Assembly (NCBI GenBank): GCA_963753595.1
Contig: CAVWCX010000012.1
Span: forward strand, 1 to 38,664
Reading direction: 5' to 3'
DNA: 38,664 nt
Origin: Candidatus Methanoperedenaceae archaeon
GTDB lineage: Archaea; Halobacteriota; Methanosarcinia; Methanosarcinales; Methanoperedenaceae
Shown here: in pieces, positions 34,387 to 38,664 of the stretch
Layout: each line of letters begins with the position of its first letter
How positions within the stretch are numbered: position 1 is the stretch's first letter
Translations under genes and position numbers: made by a program
Notes under the pieces: generated by a model
Seen by the model: the letters and a program-made list of their open reading frames with translations, nothing else
Databases searched by the model: none
Told to the model about the DNA's origin: nothing

Positions 34387-36147
34387 ATGACAAAAAATAT
34401 TGGCGATGCTAAGAAACTCCCTGTTTCCCCGGGCGTGTACATTATGAAAGACAGGGAAAACAAGGTGATCTATGTCGGGAAAGCCAATTCACTTCGAAGC
34501 AGGGTAAGCCAGTATTTCAGGGAGCAGGAATCACCTAAAAACCGCCTCCTTATGAAAAATATGGAGGATCTGGAGTATATTACTACAGGAAATGAGGTAG
34601 AAGCACTGGTTCTTGAATCAAATCTGATCAAAGAACACAGGCCGCGCTATAACGTAAAGCTGCGTGATGATAAAAATTATCCTTTTATCAAGATAACAAA
34701 TGAGAAATTCCCGCGCATTTGCATTTCCCGAAGACGTTTCAGGGACGGGGCGCAGTATTTCGGGCCCTATCCGGGTTCAAAATCAGTAAGGGAAGTGATA
34801 AAAATGGCTTCTGGCCTTGGTATAAGGAGATGCAAGAAGAAACTACCTTGTTCCCCATGCCTTAATTATCATATTAAGCAATGTGCTGCACCCTGTCTTG
34901 GTAATATTACGAAAGAAGAATATCTTAAAATAATAAATAATGTTACAACTTTCCTCAAAGGAAAACACGATCAGTTAATCCAATCACTTTATACGGAAAT
35001 GGACAGGCTTTCAGAAATACAGGATTATGAAAAAGCTGCGCGTATCCGCGACCAGGTAAATGCCTTGCTTGAACTTTCAGAAAAGCAGCGGGTGAACCTT
35101 CCAGGCAGGAAAGAACAGGATATTATCGCGTGTGCAGTTAAAGAAAGTTCTGGTAGTGTGCAGGTATTCCATGTAAGCGGGGGAATACTCAAAGGAAGGG
35201 AGACTTTTTCACTTGAAACTGCCGGATCCGAAGAGAAAGAGATCATTGCGAGCTTTATCAAACAATATTATCAGGATGTAGAACCCCCTGAAGAAATAAT
35301 AACCCCTGTGGATATAATAGATGAATCAATATCTCTCTGGCTTTCAGGAAAGGATTCATTGGTCAAGACCCCAAAAAACAAAGTTGAGAACGGATTGATG
35401 GATCTTGCCATGGAAAATGCCGGAATGCTCCTTAAACAGGAGATACTTTCAAAAAGTTCAGGGCCGAATGAGGCGCTTCCCAGCCTTAAGGATTCATTAT
35501 CACTTCCAGGTTTACCTTCATTAATAGAAGCCTTTGATATATCCAACATCAGTGGAACGAATGCAACAGGCTCTCTTGTTTCATTTGAGAATGGTATCCC
35601 GGTTAAAAAGAATTACCGCAGGTTCAAGATAAAAACAATTGAAGGTGCGGATGATTATGCCATGATCGGGGAAGTTACGGGAAGAGCATATTCGAGGCGA
35701 AAAGAAGAGGGAAAGCGGATGCCTGACCTGATCCTGATAGATGGGGGAAAGGGACAGTTAAATGCAGCTGCTGATGCTATTTCAAGACTTGGGCTGAAAT
35801 TGAATATTGCAGCCATCGCAAAGGAATTTGAATATATTTTTATTCCGGGCAGGGAATCACCGATTATCTTGCCTCATGAGTCACCGGGTCTTAAGTTGCT
35901 GCAAAGGATACGCGATGAAGCCCACAGGTTCGCACTTGCGTATCACAGGAAACTGCGTGGTAAAAAACTCAGCGAATCTTTGCTTGACAGGATCCCTGGA
36001 ATTGGCGTCAGGAAGAAGCAGGCGCTTTTAAAGTATTTCGGGTCAGTCGATGAATTAAGGAAAGCGGATATTACTCTTATAAAAAAGGCGCCCGGAATAA
36101 CAGTAAAAGATGCGGAAAATATTCAGAAGTTTTTGCAATCGGCTTAG
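34387..36147 (+). CDS. uvrC: Excinuclease ABC subunit C
   Basis: GIY-YIG PGVYIM...IYVGKA, YFGPY, UVR domain YEKAARIRD, FDISNISG, LIDGGKGQL, RDEAHRFA, C-terminal HhH. Confidence 0.97.
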   Translation: MTKNIGDAKKLPVSPGVYIMKDRENKVIYVGKANSLRSRVSQYFREQESPKNRLLMKNMEDLEYITTGNEVEALVLESNLIKEHRPRYNVKLRDDKNYPFIKITNEKFPRICISRRRFRDGAQYFGPYPGSKSVREVIKMASGLGIRRCKKKLPCSPCLNYHIKQCAAPCLGNITKEEYLKIINNVTTFLKGKHDQLIQSLYTEMDRLSEIQDYEKAARIRDQVNALLELSEKQRVNLPGRKEQDIIACAVKESSGSVQVFHVSGGILKGRETFSLETAGSEEKEIIASFIKQYYQDVEPPEEIITPVDIIDESISLWLSGKDSLVKTPKNKVENGLMDLAMENAGMLLKQEILSKSSGPNEALPSLKDSLSLPGLPSLIEAFDISNISGTNATGSLVSFENGIPVKKNYRRFKIKTIEGADDYAMIGEVTGRAYSRRKEEGKRMPDLILIDGGKGQLNAAADAISRLGLKLNIAAIAKEFEYIFIPGRESPIILPHESPGLKLLQRIRDEAHRFALAYHRKLRGKKLSESLLDRIPGIGVRKKQALLKYFGSVDELRKADITLIKKAPGITVKDAENIQKFLQSA

Positions 36148-36291
36148 AAACACAATTAAAACATTCAAATAACTCACCGGTTACATGCTAAAGTTACGGA
36201 TTGAACCAATATTTATTGTACAAACTATTATCACGAATAATCATGATAAGCTTTAAATAGAATGAATAATCATTATAGATAGGTGATTAAA

Positions 36292-36426
36292 ATGGAGACC
36301 TTAATACAACCAGACCTTGTAATGAAGAGGAAAATATGCGAGAATTGCGGTGAAGGTACTTTTGAATTTTGTGAAGATATGAGGTTGGGCACCTATCTCT
36401 GCCAGGATTGCTCAGTACCGGGATAG
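36292..36426 (+). CDS. 44-aa zinc-finger microprotein (CxxC...CxxC)
   Basis: METLIQPDLVMKRKICENCGEGTFEFCEDMRLGTYLCQDCSVPG; SD AGGTGA at 36281; TATA-like CTTTAAATA at 36251; T-tract downstream. Confidence 0.75.
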   Translation: METLIQPDLVMKRKICENCGEGTFEFCEDMRLGTYLCQDCSVPG

Positions 36427-36437
36427 CATTCCTCTAA

Positions 36438-36465
36438 CTTTTTTTTATTTCTTTTCATATTTTTA
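36438..36465 (+). terminator. Oligo-T terminator
   Basis: T10 run and further T-tracts just after the 36426 stop. Confidence 0.55.
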
Positions 36466-36540
36466 TATTGGAAAATCCCCCCATTCCAATCGTCAGTTTT
36501 AATATAGATTCCCGCAATTCAATGCTTATGGAGGTATTCT

Positions 36541-36699
36541 ATGGGATGCCAGCACTTTAATAAAACACGCTGTATGCTTGACCCGAAGTTTCATAAACCA
36601 TCACAAACAGAGATTGCCAGCTTCTGTGATACTGAAAATTATTCAGACTGTCCGGTTGTCATTAAATTCAGCGGGCTTGAATGCATGTCTTGCAGTTAA
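36541..36699 (+). CDS. 52-aa Cys-rich microprotein
   Basis: MGCQHFNKTRCMLDPKFHKPSQTEIASFCDTENYSDCPVVIKFSGLECMSCS; SD GGAGGT at 36530; TTTAATATA upstream. Confidence 0.7.
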   Translation: MGCQHFNKTRCMLDPKFHKPSQTEIASFCDTENYSDCPVVIKFSGLECMSCS

Positions 36700-36703
36700 A
36701 TAA

Positions 36704-37447
36704 TCATTGGATTTCTACTTTTTCAATGACGAATTTGCAATTATCATGCCCGGTACCGTAACATTCTGTTTCCTTTACCCTGAATCCCGATTTCAATTTA
36801 CTGGATAATACCCCTTCAATGATCCCCTCATCCATGGAACATAATGTTTTTCCCACATTTGGCATTTTGCCGCAATGATAACAGTCAATAACCGAAATTG
36901 CTGTCTGATCGCCATTTAATACGGTCATTTCCCCGAGTTCATGTTCCCCCCAAAAAACAGATAGGTCTTCAAGTATACCTCTTAAATTACAAGATTTCAG
37001 TTCCGGACAAATCCTTGTGCCAATATTGTTCCCAAGCGTTTTCAAAATCGGTTTTGGTTCTATTCCATATGCTTCCATTCCATAGCGAAGTGCGCAGAAG
37101 AGTTTTTCTTTAAATGAATCACCGTTCAACATTGAAATACAATCCATTTGTGTATTATAATGGTTATTTAAAGGTGCCTGTGAATATGCAAGATATATAG
37201 CATTCAAAACAAAAAATTTTTTCCGTTTATCATTCGAAAATGTTTTTTCCCGGATCAGGTCTAAATCCTTAAGATCGTTAAGGTGCACCGAAATCGTGGA
37301 TTTTGCCTTCATGGATTTTTCCACAAGTTCATCAAATGATGCAGTCCCGTTTTCAAGAATTTCCAGAATCCTTAATTTTACCGGACTGTCCAGCGCGATC
37401 ATACCGCGATCGGTAGATAAAATAGCTGTATTCCGGCCGTTTTCCAT
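36704..37447 (-). CDS. msvR: MsvR-like redox-sensing regulator (ArsR wHTH + V4R)
   Basis: KAKSTISVHLNDL HTH; V4R cysteines DCYHC...LCSMDEG...ETECYGTGHDNC. Confidence 0.82.
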   Translation of the reverse strand: MENGRNTAILSTDRGMIALDSPVKLRILEILENGTASFDELVEKSMKAKSTISVHLNDLKDLDLIREKTFSNDKRKKFFVLNAIYLAYSQAPLNNHYNTQMDCISMLNGDSFKEKLFCALRYGMEAYGIEPKPILKTLGNNIGTRICPELKSCNLRGILEDLSVFWGEHELGEMTVLNGDQTAISVIDCYHCGKMPNVGKTLCSMDEGIIEGVLSSKLKSGFRVKETECYGTGHDNCKFVIEKVEIQ

Positions 37448-37480
37448 AGTGTCTAAATTGTTTTAGTTGTATAAATAATG

Positions 37481-37543
37481 TTCGTTTATGTACGAAAGTA
37501 TATTTCCGGATAATGCAAAACTGATTTTTCGAAATTTTACGAA
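37481..37543. promoter_or_regulatory. Two MsvR-type operator boxes TTCG-N8-CGAA
   Basis: TTCGtttatgtaCGAA (37481-37496) and TTCGaaattttaCGAA (37528-37543) in the divergent promoter; as I recall, methanogen MsvR binds TTCG-N7-9-CGAA. Confidence 0.72.
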
Positions 37544-37587
37544 ATGTAGGTAACATAAATAAGAAAACATGGATATTATGACCTATC

Positions 37588-38607
37588 ATGACCCGTGATA
37601 AACGCACTATTAAATTCACAAAACCCATATATGCAAATAAAGAAGGGTTGCAGCTTTCAACCCCCGAAATTGTTGCAAAATATATAGCACAAAGGCTGAA
37701 GACAGATATAATCGCAGACCTGGGCTGCGGGATCGGGGGACAGGTTATTTTTTTTGCCAGGGAGTGCAGGAAAGTCTATGCGGTTGAAAGAAATCCTGAA
37801 AAGCTTGAGTATGCAAAAGAAAATTGCAGGTTATATGGTGTTGATAATGTTGAATTCATACTCGGTGATGCATTATCTTCTGAAATAAAAGAAAAAGTAT
37901 CTGATGCTGATATCATTTTTTCCGATCCTGCCAGGCCGCTATCGGAAAAAGAAAGGACTCTTGAGAATCTTGAGCCCCCTATCACTGAAATAATAAAAAT
38001 ATATTCTGATATTACACCCGACCTGGCATTCCATGCGCCGCCCCAGATGCCGCCTGAGCGGATCGTTCTTGATTGCGAGCGCGAGTACCTTTCTTTGAAC
38101 GGGCAGTTGAACAGGCTGACATTATATTCAGGTTCGTTAAAATCCTGTGAGAGAAGTGCAGTTGCGCTTCCCGGAGGTGTCAGGCTGGGTTCATCCGATG
38201 CGCTTCCTATAAAGAAAAGTCCGATTTGTGATTATGTTTATGAACCAGAGCCTTCTGTTGTTAAAGCAAAGCTACTGAATGAATTATCACAGAATCTGGC
38301 AAAAGAAAATAAAGATGTATTTTTCTATAAAGGAGATGAAAGGCGCACCCTTTTGACTTCACCAAAGCTTATTGGTTCCGATTTTTTCAAAGACAGTTAC
38401 CGGTTTTTGGCCAGTACAGAAAATGATATGTTAAAATTAAAAGATATATTAAAATCCCGGAAAGCAAAGAATGTTGTCCTGCGATTTGATATTGATCCTA
38501 AGAACTACTGGGAGATAAGGACAAAGCTTGAGGAAGGATTGGCCGGGACAAGGACGCTTCATGTTTTCGGATTCGGGAATGAGCTGATCGTGTGCGAAAA
38601 GATTTAG
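37588..38607 (+). CDS. SAM-dependent methyltransferase (Tgs1-like N-terminus, THUMP-like C-terminus), probably RNA-modifying
   Basis: STPEIVAKYIA, IADLGCGIGG, FSDPARP, YVYEPEPSVVKA. Confidence 0.8.
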   Translation: MTRDKRTIKFTKPIYANKEGLQLSTPEIVAKYIAQRLKTDIIADLGCGIGGQVIFFARECRKVYAVERNPEKLEYAKENCRLYGVDNVEFILGDALSSEIKEKVSDADIIFSDPARPLSEKERTLENLEPPITEIIKIYSDITPDLAFHAPPQMPPERIVLDCEREYLSLNGQLNRLTLYSGSLKSCERSAVALPGGVRLGSSDALPIKKSPICDYVYEPEPSVVKAKLLNELSQNLAKENKDVFFYKGDERRTLLTSPKLIGSDFFKDSYRFLASTENDMLKLKDILKSRKAKNVVLRFDIDPKNYWEIRTKLEEGLAGTRTLHVFGFGNELIVCEKI

Positions 38608-38664
38608 CAGTCCGTAAACCTGGCAGGATAACATGAATGGAACGCGGATGACGTGGATTTGACG

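Noticed and set aside
34185-34463. 92-aa minus-strand ORF overlapping the uvrC start; also SRP, RNase P or C/D-box identity for the structured region
   Set aside because: The ORF is antisense to uvrC and motif-free; the RNA lacks the size and hallmark motifs of those families.

Overview
An archaeal chromosomal segment. The gene content (bacterial-type gyrase, hemL-hemC-cobA-hemD, MsvR-like ArsR-V4R regulator, CCA-less tRNA, TATA/oligo-T signals) points to Methanosarcinales, plausibly a Methanoperedens-like lineage; this is inferred, not verified. In order: a frameshift-ridden type IV pilus locus (ATPase, TadC-type membrane protein, giant pilin-like protein with four ~130-aa repeats); a degenerate KaiC-like protein plus an output-less Cache sensor; gyrB-TPR-MNT-HEPN-gyrA, with a 518-aa HNH intein at a non-canonical GyrA site; a ~5.3-kb degraded, A-rich tract with HicA/HicB remnants; an aminotransferase, an AI-2E transporter and an FAD/Fe-S/CCG oxidoreductase; the tetrapyrrole operon; tRNA-Asp; a wHTH / HTH-REC / Cache kinase / circularly permuted solute-binding protein cluster; a candidate structured RNA; uvrC; two Cys-rich microproteins; an MsvR-like regulator with its TTCG-N8-CGAA boxes; and a SAM methyltransferase. 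Scattered single-base indels suggest an imperfectly polished long-read assembly, so pseudogene calls are provisional. Best leads: the circularly permuted binding protein beside a two-component system, the GyrB-type intein in GyrA, and the TA module inside the gyrase operon.
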